A stretch of 63,030 bases of DNA, counting the filler, from Globobulimina sp. (Eukaryota): NCBI GenBank assembly GCA_003354225.1. It is 38 parts of 38 records of this genome, joined end to end, with 100 filler letters (N's around TTAATTAATTAA, not from the genome) between each part and the next. Parts side by side here need not be neighbours in the genome. Positions count along the whole stretch, not along the records: positions 24,937 to 26,498 come from PIVH01014802.1; positions 26,599 to 28,160 come from PIVH01014803.1; positions 28,261 to 29,821 come from PIVH01014804.1; positions 29,922 to 31,482 come from PIVH01014805.1; positions 31,583 to 33,143 come from PIVH01014806.1; positions 33,244 to 34,804 come from PIVH01014807.1; positions 34,905 to 36,465 come from PIVH01014808.1; positions 36,566 to 38,126 come from PIVH01014809.1; 30 more parts are not named here. The stretch is one strand, 5' to 3'. Under the pieces are notes generated by a model. It was not told the origin of the DNA. It searched no databases and saw only the letters and a list, made by a program, of their open reading frames with translations. Of the stretch, positions 24,937 to 37,042 are shown piece by piece; the first letter of the stretch is position 1; each line of letters starts with the position of its first letter. A program made the translations under genes and the position numbers.

Positions 24937-25682
24937 ATGAGTCTGTGGAAACAATTGCAACCAATCCGTTCAAATAAATTGCTAAAATGTTGGACATTAT
25001 AATTGGAAAAAGGTTGCATAAACAAATAATGAAAGGTATATAATGGGGTCTGGTCACCAACAAATAAATAGAGTTGGATTTCTTGCTTGATTGTAAATGT
25101 CTTATTTGTGTGATAAAATCGATAAAGCTGTGCTAAAACACGCGTGTACCACTCACCTAACATACTTTGAAAGTATCCCTGAACCAACATATGATTTAGA
25201 ACAGTATGGTAGCGACAGTTTGCTTTTTCATATTCGCGTTGTTGCTCATTCCATATTGTTGCATTCAACACGTTTAAGTAAATAGGTAGTGAATGTTTCA
25301 GATTTGGCATATCATCACCAAATACTTTCGAGGCTCTATTAATGTCTGCGGAGAAGGCAAATTCTTGAGACTTGTGGAAAACGCGCAGTTTTTGATTGTA
25401 CACACATATATTTTCATAATATGGACAATATTGTTTCGGCCATTTGTTTGCATCAAACCAATCTTTGTGTGCATGATATTTGTATTTATTATTATTATTA
25501 TTATTCTGTGATGTGTTGCTATGAATAATTGAAATGTATTGTTGATCAGCACTATTATTTAAATGCAAAAAGATTCCGGAAAAGCCGCTCAATTCTATCA
25601 TCAAAATAGATACCATTAATAGTGATAACGTAACAAATAGATTCCTTTGCTTGCATAACGATTTTAACTTTGATTTTCCCAT
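24937..25682 (-). CDS. Type II membrane glycosyltransferase-like protein (GT61-like), N-terminal part
   Basis: N-terminal TM anchor and stem, CPYYENICV, C..F motif at the contig edge; family is inferred. Confidence 0.5.
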
Positions 25683-25775
25683 CGTCTTTTTTTAGTTTAC
25701 TAACTTGAACAATATATTCCAACACACCACTATTAAACCTCTTTTTCCTTTAATATTTAACCACAATCGATATCA

Positions 25776-26390
25776 ATGGCACAAAAGCAAAATCCTTGTG
25801 TTGTATGTGGCCCATCAGGAGTAGGCAAAGGCACATTATTGAAAGTATTAATGGAAAGTTACCCGGATAGATTTTCGTTAACGGTGTCCCACACCACACG
25901 CAAACCACGTAATGGTGAAGAACCAGGTGTTGATTACAATTATGTCTCACGACCAGAGTTTGAAGAAATGATTGAAAAGAACCAATTTTTAGAATATTTA
26001 CAATATAGCGGTAATTATTATGGCACATCGGTCACCGCAATTGATGACGTTCGCAAAACTGGTAAAATTTGTATCTTAGATATAGCGGTTAGTGCCGCCC
26101 AAAGACTGCGAGATTTAGGAATGAATAATGCAAATTATTTATTTATTACATTGGAAGGTGAATTACAAGAAAAGAAAGAAAAATTAAAACAAAGATTAAT
26201 TGGGAGAAGTACAGAGAATGCAAAACAAATTTCCAAAAGAATCGCTGAGTCAGAAAAAGAATTTGCATTTGTAAAGGAAAACGATGCATTTTTTGATTAT
26301 GTTATATCTAATGATCATTTACAACAATCAACACCTGCATTTATAAAACAATTTGAATTATGGTATCCAGACATAACTATATCAAGCTTA
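25776..26390 (+). CDS. Guanylate kinase
   Basis: GPSGVGKGT P-loop, VSHTTRKPRNGE, GNYYGTS, CILDI; the C-terminus probably continues into an intron. Confidence 0.95.
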
Positions 26391-26635
26391 GTTGTTTGTT
26401 TCTTTTTTATTTTATATATTTCTTATATTTTGTATATAATATTATACATTTATACAGCGAATAACGCAGCATTTATAAAATTGAATGTGTTCTCAATANN
26501 NNNNNNNNNNNNNNNNNNNNNNNNNNNNNNNNNNNNNNNNNNTTAATTAATTAANNNNNNNNNNNNNNNNNNNNNNNNNNNNNNNNNNNNNNNNNNNNGG
26601 AAAGAAATCGGCGAGTATCTGTGCTACTGACAGAG

Positions 26636-27235
26636 ATGGAGGAATACACACAACCATTAATTCAACAACTAAATTCGCTCACAAATCATCAAAAACATTT
26701 AATATTGTGTCGAATCGCTCGTATATCCCCAGAGATTATACAACAAGAAATCAAATCTGTGGCACCATATGCATCTAAACCAAAATGCAACCAATCAATT
26801 GCAAAAAGTGAATATCAAGAATTCGAATCAAACACTGAAGATTTATCAAAAGTGTTAGCTCGTTTAGGTTATGGCAATTTTGATGAATTATATCGGAGTT
26901 CAAAACCATCGCAAATATTTGGTGAATGTATAAATGAAGATTTACAAAGAAAAGAAGCCGAAAAAGCCACATCAAACAAAGTTGAAAAGCAATTATATGA
27001 ATGGGAGAAACAAAAAGAAAAAAATGAAGCGATGACAATACAAAAACTTAAAAAAATGAGAAAAAGCAAAAGTGTAAAAAGCGAGGATGATATGAATTCG
27101 AATTCGAAATATAAACCAAATAAAAACAATGCCAAAAAAATAATGATGATGATGGGCGTCTCAGATTTCAGCAATGAACAGGATGTTGAAGCAATTTGTA
27201 ATGCGTCGACAAAAGCACTCAGAAAATTAGTTTAA
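26636..27235 (+). CDS. Hypothetical hydrophilic protein
   Basis: 200-codon ORF; no recognised motif. Confidence 0.45.
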   Translation: MEEYTQPLIQQLNSLTNHQKHLILCRIARISPEIIQQEIKSVAPYASKPKCNQSIAKSEYQEFESNTEDLSKVLARLGYGNFDELYRSSKPSQIFGECINEDLQRKEAEKATSNKVEKQLYEWEKQKEKNEAMTIQKLKKMRKSKSVKSEDDMNSNSKYKPNKNNAKKIMMMMGVSDFSNEQDVEAICNASTKALRKLV

Positions 27236-29194
27236 TATTTTATTTTATTTATATTATTATACATAAATAACATAATAAAGCAATTATTGTGTACTGTACA
27301 TTTTTCATAATTCAATAAATCTAAAACAAGCTAAGGTTGTATGTACAATTGCAACTGAAACAATTAATATACTCCTTTAAAAAACGTCGAACTTTATTCG
27401 TTTTAAATTCATTCATCTCTAGAAACAAACACCTACTCATTCATACTATTGTTGCCATCTGGTCCGGATGAAGAAATTTATGATAAATTTGACGAAATAG
27501 TCAGTGTGCTCGTACTTAATCCTCTGAGAAAACGCTGGTTTCATTAGGCCTCTCCGATAATGCTGCAAATGTTTTTCTGTTCAAAAAGTTTTTTCATTTT
27601 ATTCAGCAAACTTATCAAACAGCTTGCATTCGCTATGCCTATTTAAACTGCAGCAGATTCATTTTTGTCACTTTTTAATTTATATTTAGATCCTTGCACT
27701 CAAAGCACCTGCAGCTGCATGCAAAACAAACAAAACAAAATATGATGATTGGGATTTGAACCCAAATTATCTTTAATAAGATATGCTTGATCTCGTTAAT
27801 CATCATCAGAAAAATTAAATGGAATGGGATGACACACCAATTCTCATTTATCTATATACGTATTGTTTTAAGTAATCATTTTTTCGTTTTTTGTTTTTAT
27901 GATGGCACCGCCATCATACTTATCTTCTATATTTATATATCGTTTTTGTTTTGTGTTTTGCCACCAAATAATTTATTCAAATATCATTTTTTTTTGTGTT
28001 GCGGTGCCTGTGGATTGCCACGTTGGTGTGGCAATTATCAAAAAGTGTGACAAACACAGAGTGAATAATATTATTTAATTTTCAATTTGATATGCATTTA
28101 TTATTTATCCAACTCAGCATCCCAAAATATTTTGGCTACCTTCATCACCTATTCACGTAANNNNNNNNNNNNNNNNNNNNNNNNNNNNNNNNNNNNNNNN
28201 NNNNTTAATTAATTAANNNNNNNNNNNNNNNNNNNNNNNNNNNNNNNNNNNNNNNNNNNNAAATGCATATTTAAACAAGAAAAATAAGAAAAATAAGAAT
28301 GTGAAGAGACGCATGTCAGTGAATCATGTCAAAATCGCTGATAATTACAAAGTAATTAACGAGAATATATTCGATATCAATCAATCAATGCAAGAAGTTA
28401 TAATTAAATCGTATTCGGATCAATCATTAGCTCAAAGCGCGATGTTTGAATCATTGAGCGGTGGATATAATAAATTAAATTTAGAATTAATTCGTGTAAA
28501 TAAGAGGTACACATAAATTTATATATATATTTCCAGAAATTTCCACAACTCACTTTTTTCAGTTTGAAACTACATTTATTTGCTCAGCTAAGTCATTTGA
28601 AGTCACTCAAACAAATTTATTTTACGTAACTTTTTGTTTAATACGACATTTGTAACATTGCCTTGGGAGAATGTACTTTGGTGATTTTTTGATTATGCGT
28701 AACGAATTAGTATTAGTTTGATTTTGCACGACGTTATGTGGTAACCTTGGGCAGGCACGTTATTTATGTCCCTTTTTTTGGAATCCTTTCTGAATAAATA
28801 CATGATGTTAGGCCTACGGCTCGGGTGTGTTTACAATAAACGCCATCATATAACTTAGAAATCTGTAAAACGTACATCGTACGTTCTAAAACCATGCAGT
28901 TAATCCCGCACGTACCTAAAACTTATGCCGTATGCAACACATTGTTATAAAAATGTAATTTTTTGAGCTAATTTGATGATTTGCGTATTTGTACCGGTTT
29001 GATTGTGTGTATTTTTATGTGTACTTTTTCTCCCGGTTTGATTGTGTGTTTTCTATACAGATTAAAAGAAAGCTATTTGATTTGGAATGGCCCAAAGTGA
29101 CTTGATTTGGAATGGCAAGGACTTGATTTGGAATGGCCTTAAAAAACAAGGACTTATATTTAATTAAATAACATACATGCTACGACAAAAAACC

Positions 29195-29680
29195 TCACGG
29201 AACACGTTTTAGCCACCAAAAGTCCTCTTCATCCTGCACACGGAGAAAATCATTAAGTCTGACGATTGGTGGCCTATCACTGATATCTCGTCGCATAAAA
29301 TAATGACACAAATATAGCGTGGTCAAAGTGTCTTTAGAATATTTAATTAATGCTCTAATTACAGCTTTTTTGAAAAGTTCTCGTGTTCTAAAAGATTTTT
29401 CCGAGATACAGCCATATGATAAAGATGTGCACGTTGGCAGTTTGATTTTTTTTTTGAACGATGAACGGAATTTTATTGTGATTTTTTGATATTTTCCTGT
29501 TGAGTTTGAGACCGTCTGATAATATATCTGCGGTACTAAAATATTCGCATCGTATCTTTGTTCTCTATTGTTAATAAAAAATGTGCCATTTTCATCTATG
29601 AACTGCTGGTTCGGTCCGGAATAAAATTTATTAAAAACGTTTACCGTTAATTTAAATTGTTGGCTTTTAGTTTGCCCCAT
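29195..29680 (-). CDS. Hypothetical protein with a possible N-myristoylation site
   Basis: Intronless 161-aa ORF starting MGQTKS. Confidence 0.45.
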   Translation of the reverse strand: MGQTKSQQFKLTVNVFNKFYSGPNQQFIDENGTFFINNREQRYDANILVPQIYYQTVSNSTGKYQKITIKFRSSFKKKIKLPTCTSLSYGCISEKSFRTRELFKKAVIRALIKYSKDTLTTLYLCHYFMRRDISDRPPIVRLNDFLRVQDEEDFWWLKRVP

Positions 29681-30457
29681 GTTTGTGTTGTGTATGAAAG
29701 TTTTTAAATCAGATATTTTTCATTTCAAATGAGATCAGCGAACAAAGAAATGATCCACCATGCGTGGATTGCTGGGTTAATCCGTTTCCATCACCAATCT
29801 CATTAGTTCGCTGATCTGATTNNNNNNNNNNNNNNNNNNNNNNNNNNNNNNNNNNNNNNNNNNNNTTAATTAATTAANNNNNNNNNNNNNNNNNNNNNNN
29901 NNNNNNNNNNNNNNNNNNNNNATTGGATTGTGATCGTGCATTCTCCAATTCCTGTCAATGAAGATATGGGTATCGATTTTTCTGTGTTTGTTTCTGAATT
30001 TATAAAAGTTATACTTCCATCATTTAAAATTGTTATGGTACCAACTTCAAATTTATCATGATCGGTTCTCCATCGTTTTCCAAAGTATTTTACATTTGAT
30101 TCCTGTAAGAGGGGAATCCTGGGAACTGTTGGTATTGCTGGTTTTTTTGGTGCGTCTGTGGATGATGTATTTTGTTTGTAATCTTCTGCCGACTGTTCGT
30201 TTCCCATGCTCTTCACTGTGATTATAAATACTTTTCAAAGACTTCATAAACTTTATCTATCACAAACATCCTCACCATTGCCATCGATATTACTATCACA
30301 TTCTGCGAGTGGTACATTATGATATCCATATTATTCATTACTGATTGGCAGCTGTTGTAACCTTTGAATTACACGCCTTTTCGCAAGCAATTATAAAGTC
30401 AGCTCGCGGTGAATTAAATTAAAACAACAAGTAAATTATTATTCGCTCCATTAGAAA

Positions 30458-31216
30458 ATGAGGGAAAAGATAAATTTATCATTGTTGATGTATTGTTATC
30501 TTATGATAGTCACCGTATTTTCACTGCAATTTTGTGTGGATTATAATGGTATCAAACAACGTATCGAATTCGAAGCAAGTTCACTTACTTCACAACCGGA
30601 GCCAACTTTATATGATTTAAAAATTCAAATTCAAACACATTTCCATGATTTACAACCTCAAATGTATTACATTGTGTTGCATAACAAAGCAATCCCAGAC
30701 TCTGCAGTGTTATCCCATTATGTGGATCCAAAAAACGTTTTTCAAATTGTTATTGCTGATTTCAGTGGATTTGATGCTAATTTGTTATCAAACAATTTCA
30801 AACGATTTGCAAATGAACTTCCACCAGATATTCGATATCAAGTTTTTAATAATTTGCATGCATATCAAGCTAAAGACGTGTATTATGAATGTCAAATTGC
30901 ACCGCAATTGCAATGCTATTGGTATTTTCGAAAGAGAGAAGATGAGACATACTGGTGTTTTCGAGCGGATTTAGATGAGGAGCAATATCAAAAAGCGGTA
31001 TCGAATGTATTTGCAAAGTCTAAGAAACTTAAATTAAATGCTTTGGCAAACACAAGTTCTGTGGATGTCACAATTCTCGCAAATCGACGATATCGCATTG
31101 TGCCAAGTATTGCGATTGTTGCAATTTTGTGCTTACTGATTGGAGCCATTATTTGTTGCCAAATGAAAAAAAAAACATGTACATGTGATAAAAAAGTGAA
31201 TGCGATTGTGACATAA
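30458..31216 (+). CDS. Hypothetical type I membrane protein (signal peptide, possible ubiquitin-like N-domain, C-terminal TM)
   Basis: Hydrophobic N- and C-terminal segments; TLYDLKIQIQ...L..Y pattern. Confidence 0.5.
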   Translation: MREKINLSLLMYCYLMIVTVFSLQFCVDYNGIKQRIEFEASSLTSQPEPTLYDLKIQIQTHFHDLQPQMYYIVLHNKAIPDSAVLSHYVDPKNVFQIVIADFSGFDANLLSNNFKRFANELPPDIRYQVFNNLHAYQAKDVYYECQIAPQLQCYWYFRKREDETYWCFRADLDEEQYQKAVSNVFAKSKKLKLNALANTSSVDVTILANRRYRIVPSIAIVAILCLLIGAIICCQMKKKTCTCDKKVNAIVT

Positions 31217-31582
31217 ATAACATGCATTATAACATTTTGCTTATACTAATTGTCAAAATCATTGTCGCTCAGTTTCTTTTTATAATCATTGTCGTTTTTA
31301 GGAATTACACGACTTTTAGAACTTTGCGTCTGTACAGAAATGAATTGCTGGCTGACAAAAACGTTATAAGGAAACAAATGCGTTGCTGATTGACAGAAAA
31401 ACCTGCTCTATCTATCTGCAGCGGGACAGAAGAATCGCAAAGTTCCAAAATCCCAAAAGTCTATGGATCCTAAAACATGAACNNNNNNNNNNNNNNNNNN
31501 NNNNNNNNNNNNNNNNNNNNNNNNNNTTAATTAATTAANNNNNNNNNNNNNNNNNNNNNNNNNNNNNNNNNNNNNNNNNNNN

Positions 31583-32490
31583 TGTCGATTCAACATAAAG
31601 ATATCAACTTTCTGCTTAGCAATAGATTTCAAAGCTTTCTGAAAAAACTTTGCTTTCTCGAAATCCTCTTTTTCCAACTCTTCATGACCTACCAAGCCGC
31701 TATACCTATAAATTATCCCTTTAATAGATGTGATGGGAAATGATACAGTCAATTCATTGTATGGAGTCGTAAATGGCAAATCATTTGGTTGTGAGATCTG
31801 TTGCTCTGATGCCCAAGTTTGAGTGAGATATTGCTTGTTGTCAAAATCTACTCATTCTTTTTTACTGCAGTCATCCTCTATCTCCGCTCCTAGTCTCATT
31901 GATGTGGTCAGCAGCGTCAAATTACTGGCAGGCTCCAAATAATATTTGTTGATATACTTTAACAGTGATCCACAAACACGTACCTTTTCTGAAATAAAAT
32001 TACTTGCTCTTTTGTTTAAAACTTGTTTGCATTCTGGTTTCCATTTCAGCTGATCCCAATCGATAATATCTTCGAAGTGATACCTCGTAGTATCTGTCAA
32101 GTCTTTTGTGCCCATTGGATTGTACGTATATGCATCTGAGTGACTAAAGCCATGAATCTTTACATTTTCATCATGTAAATCGATCCAGACCCCTAGTGTA
32201 CAACCAGTGGCTGTGTTGGCTTGCGGATAGGCCCACCATGAAGTTGACACCATTGGCAAAAATCCATGTAATGCAGTGTGCCAATATGTTACTATTTCAT
32301 TAGCAACTTCACTTTCTTCTTGTCCTTTGTGTGTTGACCATTTGGAACATAAACCATGAAAAGCCAATCGATTTTCTTTGAATAATTGTTGACACGTATC
32401 GGTATCTTGAGACGAACGTGTTAATATCTTACGATGTATATGCATTTGTTGTGTTTGACATATTAATTGAACGAAAACAAGCAACAACAT
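31583..32490 (-). CDS. Hypothetical secreted protein; an in-frame TGA at 31852-31854 probably lies in an intron; 3'-truncated
   Basis: ORFs 31852-32490 and 31531-31779 share a frame separated by one TGA; candidate GT-AG intron 31806-31865. Confidence 0.5.
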
Positions 32491-33243
32491 TGCAGTTAGT
32501 GAATTTTGATATTGATTTCAACTCATAATTTTTAAGGGAATAGTATAAAAAAATTCATAATCAGATAAAATGGTTGCATGGCAAATTGTTTTTTCTGACA
32601 GCCATGTTGATGAATTTATTTATGAATAGAGTTAGTGCATTTAAGTGAAAAGAAAGTAAAATCGATAATTCAGTTGATTTTATCCGTCTACAATCAATAT
32701 TTAACAGACTATAAACGAATAAATACTGAATTATATCAACGTATTTATATGTAAAAGGACATAATAAACAATTACTTACATATTTTGTAGCACCTTGATA
32801 TCGTTGCTGAACGAATGAAATGGCACTGAATTAGTGACTTTACTTTCTTTTCACTTAAATGCACTAACTCTAATATTGCCAATTATTGTTTGTGGGTATG
32901 AACGGTTTCGAGATGGCTCTTTTCGTAAAAACGTTACCTTTTTGAATTGTACTCCGTTTGTTTGCTTTGATTTATAACTAGTTATAAATATATAATGTTT
33001 CTCTTGTACATCGACTTGTTTATCATAACAAGAATAAAAATAACATGAATAAAAATGACATGACATGATAAAAATAAAAAAATAAAATAAAGGCGGGAAA
33101 TAATAATAGTATGAATCAAACAAAAAAAATGATATATTCCAATNNNNNNNNNNNNNNNNNNNNNNNNNNNNNNNNNNNNNNNNNNNNTTAATTAATTAAN
33201 NNNNNNNNNNNNNNNNNNNNNNNNNNNNNNNNNNNNNNNNNNN

Positions 33244-34553
33244 TTCCAGCTTTCGAGCATTGTGCGAGTGTCCATATGAAGAGTTTGGAGGAGATAATTG
33301 CCGACAAACATGCGCTGGAATGATAGGTCCAATTCTGCAGACAAACATTGCTTTGAATGAGTTGGAAAGTCTGCTGAATGGATCACAGAAAATCATCGAT
33401 GTTTTTAATACTACATATTCAATATTTTTATGTAATGGGCATGGACTTTGCGACGTAGCTCATACAACTTGTAAATGTGAATTAGGTTTTGGTGGAACTG
33501 AGTGCGAAATCGAATATACTCTCTTCCAATATGATGGAATATTGCTCATTGTGTGGATTGTTGTGTTTTTATTATGTTTGATGGTGTTGGCTTCCTCCAT
33601 TATTTGGTTGTGGCTAAATCAGCAAAACAAAGAAGTCAAGGCATTATCTTTAAAAATGACCACATTTTTCACAGTTGGCTTAATGTTATTGTGTGTTGGA
33701 GCTGTTTTGTATTTATTCCATCCACTTAATAGCGCACAATGCGTCATTTATTATTATTGTTATGGAGTTGGTGCTATTTTAACTATAATGAGCCCATTAT
33801 GTAAGACAGCGCGCGTTGCCATTATCGTATGTAATATATATATTTGTTGCAATTTGTATGTAAATTAATATTAAAAATATGCAGTTTACACAGGCAAAAC
33901 AGTTAAAACAGATTTCTATTCCTGATAAGAAACTGATGCTATATTTGATATTCGCAGTTATTTTCGAGACATTAATTTGTGTTTTGTATGGTGTGTTGCA
34001 TGAAATGAGTGGTGGAGTACAAGTGGTATATCACGAACGTTATTACCGTACAGAATATGTTTGTAATCAAACTGCCGGAGTTCAATATGTCAGAGTCGCA
34101 AATTATATCTTGTTAGTTTTGTTGATGGTGCTTTTATGTTATTTTGGTTTTCTAAACCGTTCGACTTGGAAAATATTCAAAGAATCTCGCTGTATATATC
34201 TTGGATCATTCTTTAGTTTGTTCGTATTTATTGTGGTTATTATTTTTAATTTGGTGACAGATGACGTTTTTGTGGTAATTACCATTCAATGCAGTGCCAT
34301 ATTGATTGTTGTTGCTGTTATATGGGTTTTATTTTACGGGTTTAGCATATATAAATTTTATAAAAAAACACCGGTGGATTTCAAAGGGAATGAAACAACA
34401 ATGGGTCGCGTAGGAACTTTGAGCAATATCTCGCGCAAAAATACTGATATCAGTGATATGCCATCATCACAACAATTGCCTCCAAATGTCAATGATATCA
34501 CAAATGAGACCGCTTCGTCAATGGCAATGGTTGACATGAAAGACAAACAATAA
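33244..34553 (+). CDS. Class C (GABA-B-like, 7tm_3) GPCR with EGF-like domains, 5'-truncated; intron 33827-33884
   Basis: CNGHGLCD...CKCELGFGGTEC EGF module; seven TM segments; spliced KTARVAIIF; FKESRCI. Confidence 0.85.
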
Positions 34554-35250
34554 CCTAATTCTTTCGCACATTATCAAAACTAAAAATGACTATTTTAGTT
34601 TTGTATTAAATTTCTAGCTTAACTCTTTCTTCTTTTTGCTTGCTTTTTGTATTGTTGACTTGTTGTATTGTGTGTATTGAATCAATCAGATAGATTCTAA
34701 AAGAAAAGAGAAGTCTATCACAGGTTTCTATTTTGTTTGTTTTTGCGTTTCTACTGATTTATATTCTAAAATTAATCAAAAAAACGATAAGTTGTACAAC
34801 CAAANNNNNNNNNNNNNNNNNNNNNNNNNNNNNNNNNNNNNNNNNNNNTTAATTAATTAANNNNNNNNNNNNNNNNNNNNNNNNNNNNNNNNNNNNNNNN
34901 NNNNAAAATAATATTTTTTTGTTTGTAAATGTTGCCATATTTATTTGCAATCTCTTCTTTTATTGCATCGCTGTCATATTCTTCAAAACAAACAAATTTT
35001 TCCAAATCTTTCTCTTTCTCTTTAATAGAAATAGAAATATAAACAAACAAATGATCCTCCAAAAAGAGCGCATTTTCTTTTGTATCATCCCCGAAATTAC
35101 TGAATTGTGATGATTGTTTGGGTGTACTTTCATTATTCTCCGCTTTTCTTATTCCCCATTTGTGCGACTTTGCGTCAACACAAGACAGTGCTTTTTGTTT
35201 CAATGTTCAACAAGTTTTTGAAAAAGTAATACAGTTTGAGTGCAAGCATA

Positions 35251-35607
35251 ATGGCAGGAGATTTGTATGGCGATGAAAGTGTAAAAACAAAAGATTGGGA
35301 AAATGAATTGTTTGGATGCAGTGATGATTTCGCCACGTTCTGCTATGCGTGTTTATGTCCCTGCTTTGCTGCCGGCGAAATTTATACGAATGCAGGTTTA
35401 GGACATTGTATGGTCGGATGTTTATTGTGGTGCTTTTTGAGAGGAACATGTCATCCATGTCTGGTTACATCCAAAATTCGAGCAAACAGACATATTCGTG
35501 GTACATTCAGCAGTGACTGTGTCGCAATTTATTGTTGCTGTTCATGCCAATTGACCCGCGAATTAATGGAAGTAAGAGAACCGCTAAGAGATGACAGAGG
35601 ATTTTAG
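35251..35607 (+). CDS. PLAC8 / cornifelin family Cys-rich protein
   Basis: WENELFGCSDD, CLCPCF, IRGTFSSDC...CCCSCQLTRE. Confidence 0.9.
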   Translation: MAGDLYGDESVKTKDWENELFGCSDDFATFCYACLCPCFAAGEIYTNAGLGHCMVGCLLWCFLRGTCHPCLVTSKIRANRHIRGTFSSDCVAIYCCCSCQLTRELMEVREPLRDDRGF

Positions 35608-36565
35608 TCACAAAATAAAAACACTTTCCATTCCATCGGTGTACTTTCAGATTTTTTGTGTTGAGAATCAGCAATTGATGGAATTCGTATATTGGAATTC
35701 ACTGAAATTTATTTATATTGTGTAAATGTGTGAACCTTTGATATTTTATATTGTTTTCACAGAAAAGTTTTTCTGCTCTCATACTAAGTTTAAAGTTAGA
35801 TAATGGCAACAGAAACAGATTTAGAAACACTCGAACAGCTGAGCGAAGCGCTTGAGTATGTACTTATATTGCACACGAAAACAACACCACATTATAACTT
35901 TGCAATTAATCAGTGAGGATATACCAAGAGCAATGTCTCAAAAAAGCTTGGAAGATGAACTAACGTTACAAACTCTTTACAGTGATGAAATAAATCTAAT
36001 AAAGATTACAGAAAACGAACAACAAAGTGTCGAAATGACAGAAAACGACATCAAATCGAACGAACATGAAATGCAAGAAACAGAAACTGCATTCAATGAC
36101 GAACTGCACCAATCAATGCATGGTTTGGTGTCAGTCGACACCATCAACACAATCAACACTGAAATCACAGAAACGGAGCATTTTGCAGTCAAAGACACTC
36201 AACATTCGCCCTACTGCATTTGTGGAGAGATGATGGAAAAACAGAGCAAACAGCACATAATGGATGATAGCCATTGGTGTTATTGCTGTGAATTTACTTT
36301 CAACGAACTGCAAACAGATGAATACTTTTTCCACTGTCCCAACGATGCCATATTAGAGCATCAGAATGGATATAATCTCTGTCTGCGATGTTCAAAAGAG
36401 AGCGCATCGTTCAATAGAAAGCCTATCAAACCAAGGCATCAACGGGAAAATCTCTATTATCTCTANNNNNNNNNNNNNNNNNNNNNNNNNNNNNNNNNNN
36501 NNNNNNNNNTTAATTAATTAANNNNNNNNNNNNNNNNNNNNNNNNNNNNNNNNNNNNNNNNNNNN

Positions 36566-37007
36566 TCATAGAATGAACCATTAAAAATCCTAATTTTGTG
36601 GTATTAAAATCAAAATAAATGTGATTCCCTTCAGTTTGAATGATTTGTGTTGATGGCAATTCATAAAATAACCATTTATTTCGTTTATTTGAATAGCAAA
36701 TATTCTTAAAATGGCAGGTATGTTGAAGGAATACACCATATTGTTTCCGATAATTATTTATTTTTGAGGAAGAATCTGCGCCAAGGCACACAAACGAGGA
36801 ATATCTTTTTATTTTGCTTTTCCTCGATTTTACATTATTAAAAGTGTTTGTTTGTTGGTCATCAATTATTGGGATTGGAAGGTGCCGAGATATTGTTTGT
36901 CTGTCGAATAGTACTTGGTCCTCCAATCGATACAGCAGCATTGCCATCAATATACAACACATAAAAACCAAGAGCCATGATTTGAACAGTTTCTTACAGT
37001 GAGCCAT
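36566..37007 (-). CDS. Type II membrane glycosyltransferase-like protein, N-terminal fragment
   Basis: N-terminal TM; TCHFKNICY similar to the protein at 24937-25682. Confidence 0.5.
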
Positions 37008-37042
37008 TTTTTTAATTTGTCCTCTTATTTTAATACTTCATT

